Assembly (NCBI GenBank): GCA_963783385.1
Contig: CAWANJ010000002.1
Span: 288,001 to 352,000 of the forward strand
Direction of reading: 5' to 3'
DNA from: an uncultured Gemmatimonadales bacterium
Lineage (GTDB): Bacteria; Gemmatimonadota; Gemmatimonadetes; Palauibacterales; Palauibacteraceae
DNA length: 64,000 bases
Part shown: positions 10,144 to 20,698 of the stretch, piece by piece
How the letters are laid out: the number at the start of each line of letters is the position of its first letter
How positions within the stretch are numbered: the stretch's first letter is position 1
The notes under the pieces: generated by a model
What the model saw: only the letters and a program-made list of their open reading frames with translations
The model's database searches: none
What the model was told of the DNA's origin: nothing
Made by a program: the position numbers and the translations under genes

Positions 10144-11859
10144 TCAGCTTTTCAGTCCGATGACCTGTACGAGCCTCGCGTAACGGGCATCGGCGCGGAG
10201 CGGATCGTAGCTCGGATCCACGTGCAGGTAGATGAGGCCGGACGATCGCGCCGCCAGGGCGCGATCCAGGGCCGCGAAGGCCCGATCGAGGTCTCCGAGC
10301 GCCGCCCAGCCGGCCGCCACGAACTCGGCGCGGACGTAGCCGGCCGCCTCGTCGGCTTCGAGGGCCGTGAGGATCGTGGTGGCCTCGTCCTTCCGGCCGA
10401 GGGCCGCCAGCGCCTGGGTCACGTGGGCCCGTACCGAGAGGAAGGCATCGGTACGGTCCGCCTCGCGCAGCGTCTCCAGGGCGCGCTCCGGCTCTCCGCT
10501 GGCCAGATACGCCTGACCCATGTGCACCAGCGCGTGGGTGAACCCGGGGTTGACATCCAGGGTCCGGCGTGCCTGCTCGATGGCCTCGTCGTAGCGGCGG
10601 AGGTAGAGGAGGAACCGGGCCGTGAACCGCCCGAAGGTGGCCGACATGGGATCGAGGGCCAGGGCGGAGCGCATCTCCTCGACAGCCTCGGGGAGCTGGC
10701 CATTGGGGGGCAGGATGGTGGCCAGCCCCCAGTGCGCGTCGGCGTAGTTGGGGTTCACGGCCACGGCGCGCCGCAGGGCGAGTTCGGCTTCGTCGAACGC
10801 CCAGTCGTACCAGCCCAGCACCTTGCCCAGGGCCGTGTGCGCTTCGGAAAGGGTGTCGTCCAGCTCGATGGCGCGCTGCGCCGCCCGCTTCGCCTCGGGA
10901 TACGCTTCGGCCGGAGGCACCCAGTCGTCCGCGAGGTTCATCCAGGAGTCGGCGATGCCGGCGTAGGCGCGGGCGTATCCCGGGTCGACGTCGAGGGCCT
11001 TCTCGTAGAAGACCAGGCTGCGGCGCAGCTCCTCCTCCGTGAACCGGTTGTAGACGTAACGCCCCTTCAGGTAGAGCTGGTACGCCTCCACGTTGCCGGT
11101 GGTCTGGTGCACGAGCGGAGCCGCGCGGATGTCGCCCCCGAGCTGCACCTTGAGAGCCTCCACGATCGAGCGCGCGATGTCGTCCTGGATGGCGAACACA
11201 TCCTCGAGCTTCCGGTCGTAGCTCTCCGACCACAGGTGATAGCCCCTGGCGGCGCTGATCAACTGGGCCGTGATCCGAAGTCGGTTTCCGGACTTCCGGA
11301 CGCTGCCCTCCAGGACCGTCGCGACTCCGAGCTTCTCGGCGATCTCGCGCACGTCCGCACGGTGGTCCTTGAACGCGAACGAGGACGTCCGGGACGCCAC
11401 CTTGATGTCCCGGACCTTGACGAGGGCGTTGAGGATCTCCTCCGTCATCCCGTCGCTGAAGTACTCGTTGTCCCGATCGTCGCTCATGTTGACGAAGGGA
11501 AGGACCGCGATGGAGCGCTCGTCCGGGGCACGAGCGGTCGCCTGGGTCGGCGGGGCGGCGGCCGCGGAGCCCGTGGCATCGCCCTCGCCAACGGCCGTTC
11601 GGGTATCGCCCTGCCCGTCGGCCGGTTTCGATCCGTGGGAGGCGTGGGAACGGTCGGCGCTCCACGCGATGACCAGGGCGACGGGAAAGCCCAGCAGCGC
11701 GAGGGCGACGACGAGGGAGATGCCCCACCGGGGGATGGCCAGCGCGGGAAAGATGACCGAGGCCGCCTGGATGACGATCCACGCCACCACCACGTAGACC
11801 GCGACCACGCGGAAGATGCGTCTCCGCCTGATCTCTCCCAGCAGGGCTCCGAATTCCAT
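10144..11859 (-). CDS. Membrane-anchored TolB-like/FlgO domain plus TPR-repeat protein
   Basis: Two N-terminal TM helices, SIAVLPFVNMS...YFSDGMTEEILNAL...VLEGSVRKSGNRLRITAQL, then TPRs and the C-terminal DPSYDPLRADARY. Confidence 0.85.
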   Translation of the reverse strand: MEFGALLGEIRRRRIFRVVAVYVVVAWIVIQAASVIFPALAIPRWGISLVVALALLGFPVALVIAWSADRSHASHGSKPADGQGDTRTAVGEGDATGSAAAAPPTQATARAPDERSIAVLPFVNMSDDRDNEYFSDGMTEEILNALVKVRDIKVASRTSSFAFKDHRADVREIAEKLGVATVLEGSVRKSGNRLRITAQLISAARGYHLWSESYDRKLEDVFAIQDDIARSIVEALKVQLGGDIRAAPLVHQTTGNVEAYQLYLKGRYVYNRFTEEELRRSLVFYEKALDVDPGYARAYAGIADSWMNLADDWVPPAEAYPEAKRAAQRAIELDDTLSEAHTALGKVLGWYDWAFDEAELALRRAVAVNPNYADAHWGLATILPPNGQLPEAVEEMRSALALDPMSATFGRFTARFLLYLRRYDEAIEQARRTLDVNPGFTHALVHMGQAYLASGEPERALETLREADRTDAFLSVRAHVTQALAALGRKDEATTILTALEADEAAGYVRAEFVAAGWAALGDLDRAFAALDRALAARSSGLIYLHVDPSYDPLRADARYARLVQVIGLKS

Positions 11860-12086
11860 CGAGAGGTTCCAGTCCCGCCGGTTGAGGGATGGCGCCGCGA
11901 AGGACGTTACCGTGCGATCGGTTCCGAGCGCCGACCGATCGGCGCGTCCCCAAGATAGACCGGGGCGCGGGGCCTCGACAGGGCGGTGCGCGCCCGTGCG
12001 GACGTCGATCCGCGGGGTCGTGTGATGGCGAGCATGGAGCGGTGGGAGGGAGGCGGGCCGCCGCGCCGCCTCCCCCGCCCCGGCGC

Positions 12087-14901
12087 CTACGGCTCGGATT
12101 TCCCTCCGTCCATGGACAGGGTCTTCACGTCGGCCACGCCGAGGGCCCGGATCGGCGCCTCGATCTTCGACCGGTCACCCACCACCACCCAGATCATGCG
12201 GCCGGGCCGCACGACCTCCCGGGCGGCCGCGTTGGCCTGCTCGAGCGTCACCGAGCGCACCCGATCCGGGTAGGTGCTCCAGTAGTCCATCGGCAGGCCG
12301 AACTCGACGAGCTCCGAGATGTCGCTCGCCACGGCCTGGCTCGTCTCCCACCGCCCGGGCAGGGTCCGGGTGGCCTGGTCCTTGACCTTGGTGAGCTCGT
12401 CGGCCGTCACCGGCTTCTGACCCACGATGCCCTGGAACTCGCCCAGCGCCTCCCGGATCGACTCGGCCGTCTTGTCGGTCTGGACGGGGGCGTAGAGGAT
12501 GAACGGGCGCTGTCCGTGCGCGTCCAGGAGCAGGGTCTGGGCCCCGTAGGACCAGTGCTTGTCCTCGCGGAGGTTCATGTTGACGCGCGAGGTGAAGCTC
12601 CCGCCCAGGACCGTGTTCATCATCTGGATCTGGACCTCGTCCGGGTTGGCCTTGGGCGGCGCCACCTCGCCGGCGAAGATGAGCGACTGGGGCGAGCCCG
12701 GCTTGTCCACCAGGTAGATGGTCGGCCGTGCGGGGGCGTCCACGTGACCGATCTCCTTTCGAGGAACGCTCCCCTTCTTCCAGCCCGAGAACAGCTTTTC
12801 CAGCCTGGGCTCGAGCTCCTCCATCGAAATGGGGCCGACCACCACCAGGGTGGCGTTGTTGGGAACCAGCCACGTGTCGTGGAACGTCTGAAGGCCGGCC
12901 CGGTCGATCCTGGCGATCGACGCCTCGGTGCCGGACCCGGTGAGCGGGTTGCCGTAGGCGTGGTGCTCGCCGTACAGGAGTCCCGGCAGGAGCCGGAGGG
13001 CCATGGTGATCGGCTGGTTCTTCTCCTGAGTGATGGACGCGAGGAGCTGCTTCCGCTGCCGCTCCAGCTCCTCGGAGGGGAAGCTGGGGCGGAGGAGGAT
13101 GTCGCCCAGCAGCTCCAGGGACGGATCGAGGTTCTCCTGCAGGGCCGACAGGGTCACGAAGGAGGCGTCCAGGTCCGAGCTGGTCCCGATACGGGCTCCG
13201 AGCTCCTGCTCGCGCTCGCTGATCTGGAGGGCGTTCATGTTCGTGGTGCCCTCGTCCAGCATGCCCATGGCGAGACGGGCGGTGCCCGGTATGTCCAGCG
13301 CGTCGGACGCGTAGCCCGCGTCGAAGATGAGTCGGAAGTTCACTACCGGGACGGCGTCACGCCGCGCCAGGAGCACCCGCAGGCCGTTGGAGAGGGTGGT
13401 CCGCTCGATGGCCGGGAAGCTCGGCGCGGGAGGCGCCCCGGGCACGGGAACGCCTTTAGAACGGTCCACCTGGCTCGCCGCGGCCGCGTAGGAGGGGAAG
13501 GGACGCACGGTCAGGATGAACACGCCGTCCGACAGCCAGTCGCGCGCCGTCTTCTGCAGGTCCGCCGCGGTCGCCCCGGCCACGTCGGAGAGCTGCTTCT
13601 TGTAGGTGTCGGGGTCGCCCCTGTAGGCCTGACCGCGGGCCAGGATGTCCGACTTGCCCCCGAAGCCGCCGATGCGCTCGATGCCGCGGAGGAAGTTGGC
13701 CCGGTAGCCTGTCTTCACCCGCGCGAGCTCGTCGGCCGTGGGGCCCTCGGCCAGGAAGCGCGCCATCTCTTCGTGGATCTCGGCACGAAGCGTGGCAGGG
13801 TCCTGACCGGGCTTGGCGGTCGCGATGACCATGAACTGCCCGCCGATCTCGTTCAGGCTCGCGAACGCGTTCACGCTGGTGGCGATCTGGTCGTCGTAGA
13901 CCAGCCGCTTGTACAGGCGGCTCGCCTTGCCGGTGGACAGCACGTCGCTCACCAGGTCGAGGTAGGTGGCGTCCGTGGACCCCCACTCCGGGATGTTCCA
14001 CACCTCGTATACGCGGGCCAGGGGCACGCGGTCGTCCATTTCCATGGTGTGCGTGCCATACATCCTGGCGACCCACGTCCCCTGGTGATCGACCGGAGGC
14101 CCGGGCGGGATGTCGCCGAAGTACTTCTCGACCTCCGCCTCCACCTTCGCCGCGTCCACGTCCCCGGCGATCGACAGCACGGCGTTGGACGGCCCGTAGT
14201 ACTGCCCGAACCACTCCCTGACATCGGCCACGCTGGCCGCGTCCAGGTCCTTCATCGAGCCGATCACCGTGTGGTGGTAGGGATGCCCGACGGGGTACGT
14301 GTTGTGGGCGATGAAGGTGAAGACCTTGCCGTAGGGTTGGTTCTCGCCCTGCCTCTTCTCGTTCTGCACCACGCCGCGCTGCTCGTCGACCTTGGCTGTG
14401 TCGATGGCGCCGACCAGGTGGCCCATGCGGTCCGACTCCATCCACAGGGCCATGTCCAGCGCCGTGTTCGGCACGTTCTCGAAGTAGTTGGTGCGGTCCT
14501 CGTTCGTGGTGCCGTTCATGTCGGTGGCGCCCGCCCGCTCGAACGGCTTGAAGTACTCGTCGTCGAAGTTCTCCGAGCCGTTGAACATCAGGTGCTCGAA
14601 CAGGTGGGCGAAGCCGCTGCGGCCATCGGGCTCGTTCTTGGAGCCCACGTGATACCAGAATGTTCACGGCCACGATCGGCGCCTTGTGGTCTTCGTGGAC
14701 CAGGAGGGTGAGGCCGTTGGCCAGCACGAACCTCTGAAAGGGGATGTCCACGGCGGCCGCCGCGGAGCCCACCGACCCCCTGTCGGAGGTCCTCGAAGCC
14801 GCGGCCGTGGCCGTCGACTGAGCGGCCGTGGATCCGGGCAGCACGGTAGCCGCCGCGAGTGCGACGGTGACGAGCACGGAATTCGGGAAGCGACGGAGCA
14901 T
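12087..14901 (-). CDS. M16 family zinc protease (pitrilysin-like), apparent +1 indel at ~14658
   Basis: Signal peptide from ATG 14901. LANGLTLLVHEDHKAPIVAVNI joins WYHVGSKNE...FAHLFEHLMF (HxxEH) after removing one base. The second M16 half contains LREDKHWSYG. Confidence 0.9.
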
Positions 14902-15151
14902 GGCTTCACCTCGCTGCGAGATTCTGCCTCCCCCGGACGGAGGTCCGGGGATCGATGCCGGGCGTGCCGGTCGGGGCGTTCGACGGCGGTCGAAGTTAGA
15001 GAGTCAAAAAACTCTCGATGCCGAGCGGTCCGCGCAAGGCGCCGCGTGGAAGACAGGCCGCCGTGCGGCCAACGTGTCGCCGGGCCGGGCGGTTCCGCCG
15101 CCGTCCCGCAGCCCTCGTTGCCGGCGGCTTCCTCGCCTAGCTTGAGTGTCC

Positions 15152-16066
15152 ATGGCCACCGCCCGCTTCGTCCTCGCCCCCGACGCCCCCTTCGACTTCG
15201 AGGGAACGGCACACTCCCACGGTTGGGTCGTGCTCGCCCCCAACGCGTGGGACGAGACCACCGGCAGCATGCACCGGGTCCACCGCCTGGCGACGGGGCG
15301 GGTCGTCCGCCTGGAGCTCGGCGCCGGCGAGGGGTCGCGGAGCGGGGTGGCCGTCCGGGTCGAGCACCGCGGCCGGCTCCTGGCCGCGGACCGGCGCGCC
15401 CTGGAGGCCGACGTGCGGCACATGTTCCGCCTGGACGAGGAGCTGCGGCCCTTCTACGCCCTGTGCCGCGGGCGCGGCCGCCCCTGGAATCGCGTGTGCG
15501 GGGGCCTGGGACGGCTCCTCCGCTCTCCGACTTTGTTCGAGGACACCGTCAAGACCCTGTGCACCACCAACGTCCAGTGGGGCGGCACGAAGCGCATGGT
15601 GCGGGGCCTCGTGGACGCCTTCGGCGATCCGTGGCCGGGGGATCGGTCCCTTCGTGCCTTCCCGAGCGCGGAGACGCTGGCTGCCGTTTCGGCGGCCGAG
15701 TTCGACGCCCGCACGTCGCTGGGCTACCGTGCGGCGTACGTGCACGAGCTGGCCGGGCGCGTCGCCTCGGGCGACCTGGATCTCGAGGCCCTGGGTCGAT
15801 CCGCCCTCCCGACCGCCGAGCTTCGGGAGGAGCTCCTGGCCATCAAGGGCGTGGGGCCGTACGCGGCGGCCACGCTCCTCATGCTGGTGGGGCGTTACGA
15901 CGAGCTGGCCGTGGACAGCGTGTTCCGCGAGTTCGTGGCCGACAAGTACTTCGCCGGCGAGCGCCCGTCCGACGCGCAGGCCCGAGCCGTGTACGACGGG
16001 TGGGGCGAGTGGAAGTACCTGGCGTACTGGTTCGACCTGTGGGAGGGGGTGACGGAGGGGCTCTAA
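15152..16066 (+). CDS. HhH-GPD DNA glycosylase (AlkA/Ogg-like)
   Basis: FEDTVKTLCTTN, FPSAETLA, LGYRA, and HhH motif LLAIKGVGPYAA followed by the catalytic-type VD. Confidence 0.85.
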   Translation: MATARFVLAPDAPFDFEGTAHSHGWVVLAPNAWDETTGSMHRVHRLATGRVVRLELGAGEGSRSGVAVRVEHRGRLLAADRRALEADVRHMFRLDEELRPFYALCRGRGRPWNRVCGGLGRLLRSPTLFEDTVKTLCTTNVQWGGTKRMVRGLVDAFGDPWPGDRSLRAFPSAETLAAVSAAEFDARTSLGYRAAYVHELAGRVASGDLDLEALGRSALPTAELREELLAIKGVGPYAAATLLMLVGRYDELAVDSVFREFVADKYFAGERPSDAQARAVYDGWGEWKYLAYWFDLWEGVTEGL

Positions 16067-16108
16067 TGTCTCCCTCCCGTCGCTCCACGTCCTCGACGAG
16101 GAGTCCCC

Positions 16109-16540
16109 ATGCGACGACTACCCCTGTCCGCCATGGCGCTGGTCCGGATCGCGGAAGCGTTCGACCGGCTACCCTCGCTCCCTGGCGGGGTGAACTGGAG
16201 CCTGTTCACCTTCGTGCTCGGGACGCTCGGAACGGTCCTGCTGCTGTTCGGCGCCCCGTTCGGACCCGGTCCGGACCGCCTCCTCCTGGCGGTCGTCGCC
16301 GCGGTCGCGTGGTGCCTGATGACGGCCATCATGCCGCGCAAGCTGCTGGAGATCTCGCGCGGCGGTCCGGCGGGCCGCCTGGTCCTGTGGTGGATGAGCG
16401 GGAGCGTGATCGAGTGGGGGCTGCTCGACCCGTGGGGGACCGGCGGGCGCTTCGTATTGTGGTTCGCTCTCGCCGGCTTCTTCGCCTTCCTCTGCCACGG
16501 GCGCTACGCCCTCCTCGTGCTGGAGGAGTCCGAACGCTGA
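16109..16540 (+). CDS. Hypothetical membrane protein
   Basis: About four hydrophobic segments; gaggag SD; fills the gap between flanking genes. Confidence 0.55.
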   Translation: MRRLPLSAMALVRIAEAFDRLPSLPGGVNWSLFTFVLGTLGTVLLLFGAPFGPGPDRLLLAVVAAVAWCLMTAIMPRKLLEISRGGPAGRLVLWWMSGSVIEWGLLDPWGTGGRFVLWFALAGFFAFLCHGRYALLVLEESER

Positions 16541-16568
16541 GTCCGCTCCTCCGCCGCGGCCCGCCGGC

Positions 16569-18143
16569 CTAGCGACCCGGCGGCAGCGCCGGGAAGCCCG
16601 GCGGCGGCCGCCGGTGGTCGGTAGCCTGCTCGTACGCGTAGGCCAGCCTCAAGATCGTCCCTTCATCCCACGGCCGGGCCAGGATCTGGAGACCGGCCGG
16701 GTACTTGCCGTAGGAGAACCCCATCGGCACGGTCCCCGCCGGCATCCCCGTGGGCGGGGCGATGAGCTGGCTGTTGTCGCCGCGGTACTCGGCGGCGGCG
16801 CGGTCCAGGTGGGCGGGGGGATAGGTCCAGGTCGGATACACGATCGCCTCGACCCGGGCGCTGTCCATGGCCGCCACCACGTCCCGCAGGAAGCTCTGTC
16901 GGCCCGGGTTGTCCGCGTAGTCGGGGCAGGGCGGCTCCCACTTCGAGGGCGGCACGTCGGCGGGGTACTTGGCGAAGTACTCGAGGTCCTGCTCCACGTA
17001 GGACGAATACTGACCCGTCTTCAGCACCTCCATCACGTCGTGTATGGGAGCCTCGGGCCCGAGGGAGGCCAGGTACTCGTGCATGTCGTACCGGAACCGG
17101 GGGCAGAAGTCGTCGTCCTTCAGGTGCTCCTCGAGGTGGGGGATCACGATCGAGTCGACGATCACTGCGCCGCCGGCGCGCAGGTCCGCTACGGCCTGGT
17201 CGAACAGCCGCAGGACCGACGTGTCGCTCTTCGCGGGGTCGGCCAGGGCGCGCAGCACCCCAATGCGGGCGCCCCGCAGTCCGTCCCGCTCGAGGAACTT
17301 CGTGTAGTCCGTCGCCACGTGGCCCCGCGAGGCCGTCGTGTACGGATCGTCCGGGTCGGGGCCCGCGATCACGCTCAGGACGCGGGCCGCGTCGGCGACC
17401 GTTCTCGCCATCGGCCCCGCCACGTCCCGGTCGAAGGCCAGGGGGATGACGCCGGCCCGGCTCACCAGTCCGATCGTGGAGCGGATGCCGAACAGGTCCA
17501 GGTGCGAGGAGGGCCCGCGGATCGAATTTCCGGTGTCCGTTCCCAGGCCCACCAGCCCGAAGCTGGCCGCAACGCCCGAGGCCGTGCCTCCGCTCGAGCC
17601 GGCCGGCACCCGGTCCAGCGCGTAGGCGTTGGCGGTGGTGTCGAAGGACGAGCTCACGGTCTGCTTCGCGCTGAACGCCCACTCGGCCATGTTCGTCTTG
17701 GCCACGACCACCGCGCCGGCCTGGCGGATGCGGCGAACGACGGTGGCATCGGTGGGCGGGATGTTGTGCAGGAGGGCGATCGAGCCGCCCGTCGTCGGGA
17801 GGTCGTGGGTGTCGTAGTTGTCCTTGACCAGCATCGGCACGCAGAACAGCGCTCCGAGGGAGTCCCCTCGCGCCAGCCGGGCGTCCAGGGAATCGGCCCG
17901 CTGGAGGGCTCGCGGGTTGATCACCGTGATCGCGTGGAGCCCCGTGGAGTCGTCGTAGGCCCGGATGCGGCCCAGGTACGCCTCGACCACCATCCGGCAG
18001 GTCGTCCGTCCCGAGCGGAGCGCGGCCTCGACCGTGGGAATCGTCGCCTCGACCACGTCGATCGGAGCGGGGGCCGGTTTCCGCGAGCACGACAGGACCA
18101 GGGGGACCAGGATCAGGGCGGCGAGCGGGCGGCAATGTCGCAC
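16569..18143 (-). CDS. Amidase signature family enzyme, probable lipoprotein
   Basis: VKDN, AGSSGGT and GTDTGNSIRGP motifs (Ser-cisSer-Lys triad); LVLSC lipobox-like sequence. Confidence 0.9.
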   Translation of the reverse strand: MRHCRPLAALILVPLVLSCSRKPAPAPIDVVEATIPTVEAALRSGRTTCRMVVEAYLGRIRAYDDSTGLHAITVINPRALQRADSLDARLARGDSLGALFCVPMLVKDNYDTHDLPTTGGSIALLHNIPPTDATVVRRIRQAGAVVVAKTNMAEWAFSAKQTVSSSFDTTANAYALDRVPAGSSGGTASGVAASFGLVGLGTDTGNSIRGPSSHLDLFGIRSTIGLVSRAGVIPLAFDRDVAGPMARTVADAARVLSVIAGPDPDDPYTTASRGHVATDYTKFLERDGLRGARIGVLRALADPAKSDTSVLRLFDQAVADLRAGGAVIVDSIVIPHLEEHLKDDDFCPRFRYDMHEYLASLGPEAPIHDVMEVLKTGQYSSYVEQDLEYFAKYPADVPPSKWEPPCPDYADNPGRQSFLRDVVAAMDSARVEAIVYPTWTYPPAHLDRAAAEYRGDNSQLIAPPTGMPAGTVPMGFSYGKYPAGLQILARPWDEGTILRLAYAYEQATDHRRPPPGFPALPPGR

Positions 18144-18286
18144 GAGCGGCTCCTCCGAGGCGGTGATCGCGTGCGGCCACGCGGGCCGCGTCCCGGGAAG
18201 CTAGGGCGACGCGACGCCGGCGGGAAGCAACGGGGCCACGCCCGGGGCGGAGGCTTCGAGGCCCGCGGACGGGGCCGAGGGGAGGG

Positions 18287-19825
18287 CTAGCGGTAGAAGC
18301 GGACCACGCCGGCGCGCCAGTCCACCTCCACCGTATCCACCTGCCCGAGGAACGACTGGCCGAGCAGGATGGAGCGCGCCGGCAGGCCGATGCGCTCGAG
18401 CACGGGCAGCACGGCCACGGCCGCGGGAATCGCTTCGAAGCGGGTACCACCCAGGTCCAGGGCCTGGAGGGTGTCGGGCCAGGCCGGGATCGCGGCGCCG
18501 TCCAGGCCCGAGAGCATGGTGGGCTGGCCCGTCACGGGGAACATCCCCAGGTCGCTGGCCAGGTCGGGAGTGACCAGGGTCGTGGGCGAGCCCGTGTCGA
18601 GCACGAGCGGAACCGTGTGGCCTCCGACGACACCCGGGATGACGATGAGGCCGGCCACCTCCACGAAGGGAACCTCGGCGCGAGCCCGGGATCGCGAATG
18701 CCGGGCCTCCTCCTCGGAGAGGAGCTCGAGCGATCCGTCACGGGTGGCCGTGGGCATGTGGATCCGCACGACGTCGGCACGTCCGAGCAGGTCCGTGCCG
18801 ACGACGCCGGCGAAGCTGTGACGCTCGAGGGTCGGGAGATCGTCGAGCACGTCCACGGCGGCGTCGCGGAAGTCGACGCCGCCGACCCTGAGCCCGGCCA
18901 CCCGGATGGCGTTCACCCGGGCCAGTTCGCCGCCCAGGGCCCGGGTGCCGCGGTCCCGGCGGAAGTGCGGGAGGCGCAGCGCGGCCGGCGTCATGCGGGC
19001 CCCGCTCGCCATGGCCAGGATCAGGATCGACAACGTGGTGCGGTTGGCACCCAGGTCCAGGATCGCCTCGCCCGTTCCGCCGCCGGGCACCGACAGTGTG
19101 CCGGTGAGGTAGGGGCCCACGCCATGGATCGGCATCGTGCCCGTGACGACGCCCGGACCTCGCGTGCGTGCGTCGCTGGCGACCACGATGCGGTCCGGAC
19201 CCAACGCGGCGGCCGCCCTCCCGGGGAGCGCCGACGGGACGAGCGGATCCCGAGCCAGCGTCCGGCCCTCCCGGAGCAGGTAGCCACGGAGGACTCCGTC
19301 TCCCAGCACGGTGATCCGGACCTGGCTGCGCCGGAGATCCGCGAGCGACACGCGAGGTGTACGGGTCGCGCCCCCGAGCCCATCGCGGTAGGTGATCGAC
19401 ACCCAGCCATCGCCGCAGTGGACCGTGGCGGCAGCTCCGGGGCCGGGGTGGGCGCGGAAGGCGCGACGCTGCACGCCGTCCACCGGAGGAAGCAGGATGG
19501 CGACGATACCGCTCGGGTCCCCGAGAGGGAAAGCCTCGATCGAGCCGGCGGCCAGCCCGTCCACCTCGAGCCGCAGCCCGGCCCCGTCGCGGCGCAGGAG
19601 GAAGAGGGGGCAGGTCGACGGCCCGGGCCGGGCGGCCGGTCCCTGCCGAGGGGAGGAGCCGGGCACCGCGGCCCGGAGGCGACTCCCGTCTCGGGAGCCC
19701 GACCACAGGAGCGCCGCGACCAGCGCCGCAGCCACGAAGCGGACGCGCCCGAGTGCGCCGAAGCGCCACGCCCGGGCGGCGGCGCCATCGATGGCGGCAC
19801 GCGATGTCGTCTTGCGCTCGTCCAT
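18287..19825 (-). CDS. Secreted protein with two retropepsin-like aspartyl protease domains
   Basis: AILDLGA...GVVGTDLL and LVLDTGS...ILLGQSFL...VEVDW motifs; ATG 19825 follows a ggaggag SD. Confidence 0.7.
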   Translation of the reverse strand: MDERKTTSRAAIDGAAARAWRFGALGRVRFVAAALVAALLWSGSRDGSRLRAAVPGSSPRQGPAARPGPSTCPLFLLRRDGAGLRLEVDGLAAGSIEAFPLGDPSGIVAILLPPVDGVQRRAFRAHPGPGAAATVHCGDGWVSITYRDGLGGATRTPRVSLADLRRSQVRITVLGDGVLRGYLLREGRTLARDPLVPSALPGRAAAALGPDRIVVASDARTRGPGVVTGTMPIHGVGPYLTGTLSVPGGGTGEAILDLGANRTTLSILILAMASGARMTPAALRLPHFRRDRGTRALGGELARVNAIRVAGLRVGGVDFRDAAVDVLDDLPTLERHSFAGVVGTDLLGRADVVRIHMPTATRDGSLELLSEEEARHSRSRARAEVPFVEVAGLIVIPGVVGGHTVPLVLDTGSPTTLVTPDLASDLGMFPVTGQPTMLSGLDGAAIPAWPDTLQALDLGGTRFEAIPAAVAVLPVLERIGLPARSILLGQSFLGQVDTVEVDWRAGVVRFYR

Positions 19826-19957
19826 GACCACTCCTCCCCCAACATACAGGACGGGGCCTCCCAATGCTTCGCGGGCTCGCTGCGGCGGATCGGTCGAACC
19901 GCGGGGCGGCTTGCGACTCGGTGCGACGAGCGGCGTGGCCGATCGGCGACGCCGCGG

Positions 19958-20476
19958 TTGACCGTCGCGCGGCCGGCGGCGTACGAGGGATGCGCGCTGC
20001 GAACGCCGCCGTGGCCCCTCCTCGTGACCGAGGCTCCGGCCGACCGCGACGGACTGGTCGCGTGGCTTGAAGAGTCCGCTGGCGAGGCCGACATCATGCT
20101 CCCCGACGCCGCGGCCACCGCCGACCGTCTGCTGGAGGAGGGCGCCGCCGTCCTCTGGGAGCATGCCGGCCGTCCGCGGTCCATGGCCGCCATCGGGGGC
20201 GAGTCTCCGCACACCGCCCGCATCGGCTACGTGTACACGCCCCCCGCCGAGCGGGGGAGGGGCTACGCCACGGCCTGCGTGGCCGCGCTCACCGAGCGGC
20301 TTCTGACGCGGGGCGTCGAGGCCGTGGTGCTGTTCACCGACCTCACCAACCCCACGCCGAACGCCCTGTACGCCCGTCTGGGCTATCGACCCGTGCAGGA
20401 CTCGACAATTAGATATAGATGGACTGTGACTACGAGGTGCGCGCCGACGATTTGGAAAGCGATGCGGGATGTGTGA
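19958..20476 (+). CDS. GNAT (FR47-like) acetyltransferase, apparently truncated or internally deleted
   Basis: ARIGYVYTPPAERGRGYATACVAAL and LFTDLTNPTPNALYARLGY; the start is uncertain (TTG 19958). Confidence 0.6.
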   Translation: MTVARPAAYEGCALRTPPWPLLVTEAPADRDGLVAWLEESAGEADIMLPDAAATADRLLEEGAAVLWEHAGRPRSMAAIGGESPHTARIGYVYTPPAERGRGYATACVAALTERLLTRGVEAVVLFTDLTNPTPNALYARLGYRPVQDSTIRYRWTVTTRCAPTIWKAMRDV

Positions 20477-20506
20477 TCGGGCGGAGGGGCCGCCCGTAGA
20501 CCGGCG

Positions 20507-20535
20507 ACGGGGCCGGCCCGGAGACGGCCCCGTTT
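20507..20535. terminator. Stem-loop between the convergent GNAT and lmo0937-like genes
   Basis: acggggccg...cggccccgt followed by tt. Confidence 0.45.
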
Positions 20536-20548
20536 CCGCCGGTCGCGT

Positions 20549-20698
20549 CTATACGGCGCGCCGCCCCGAAAGCAGATTCCAGATGATAACGATGACGGCG
20601 ATGACGAGAAGTATGTGGATGAGTCCGCCGCCCACGTGGAAGGCGAAGAAGCCGAGTAACCACAGGATGAACAGGATGACGGCGATGGTCCAGAGCAT
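20549..20698 (-). CDS. lmo0937 family (DUF5670) small membrane protein, 49 aa
   Basis: Not in the ORF track. Manual translation gives MLWTIAVILFILWLLGFFAFHVGGGLIHILLVIAVIVIIWNLLSGRRAV*; ggagga SD. Confidence 0.88.
   Translation of the reverse strand: MLWTIAVILFILWLLGFFAFHVGGGLIHILLVIAVIVIIWNLLSGRRAV

Noticed and set aside
5265-14711. Very long antisense ORFs (e.g. 5265-7844, 10222-11958, 11889-14711) and similar ones throughout the window
   Set aside because: They mirror real genes codon for codon, as expected with extreme GC3 bias, and show no motifs or SDs.
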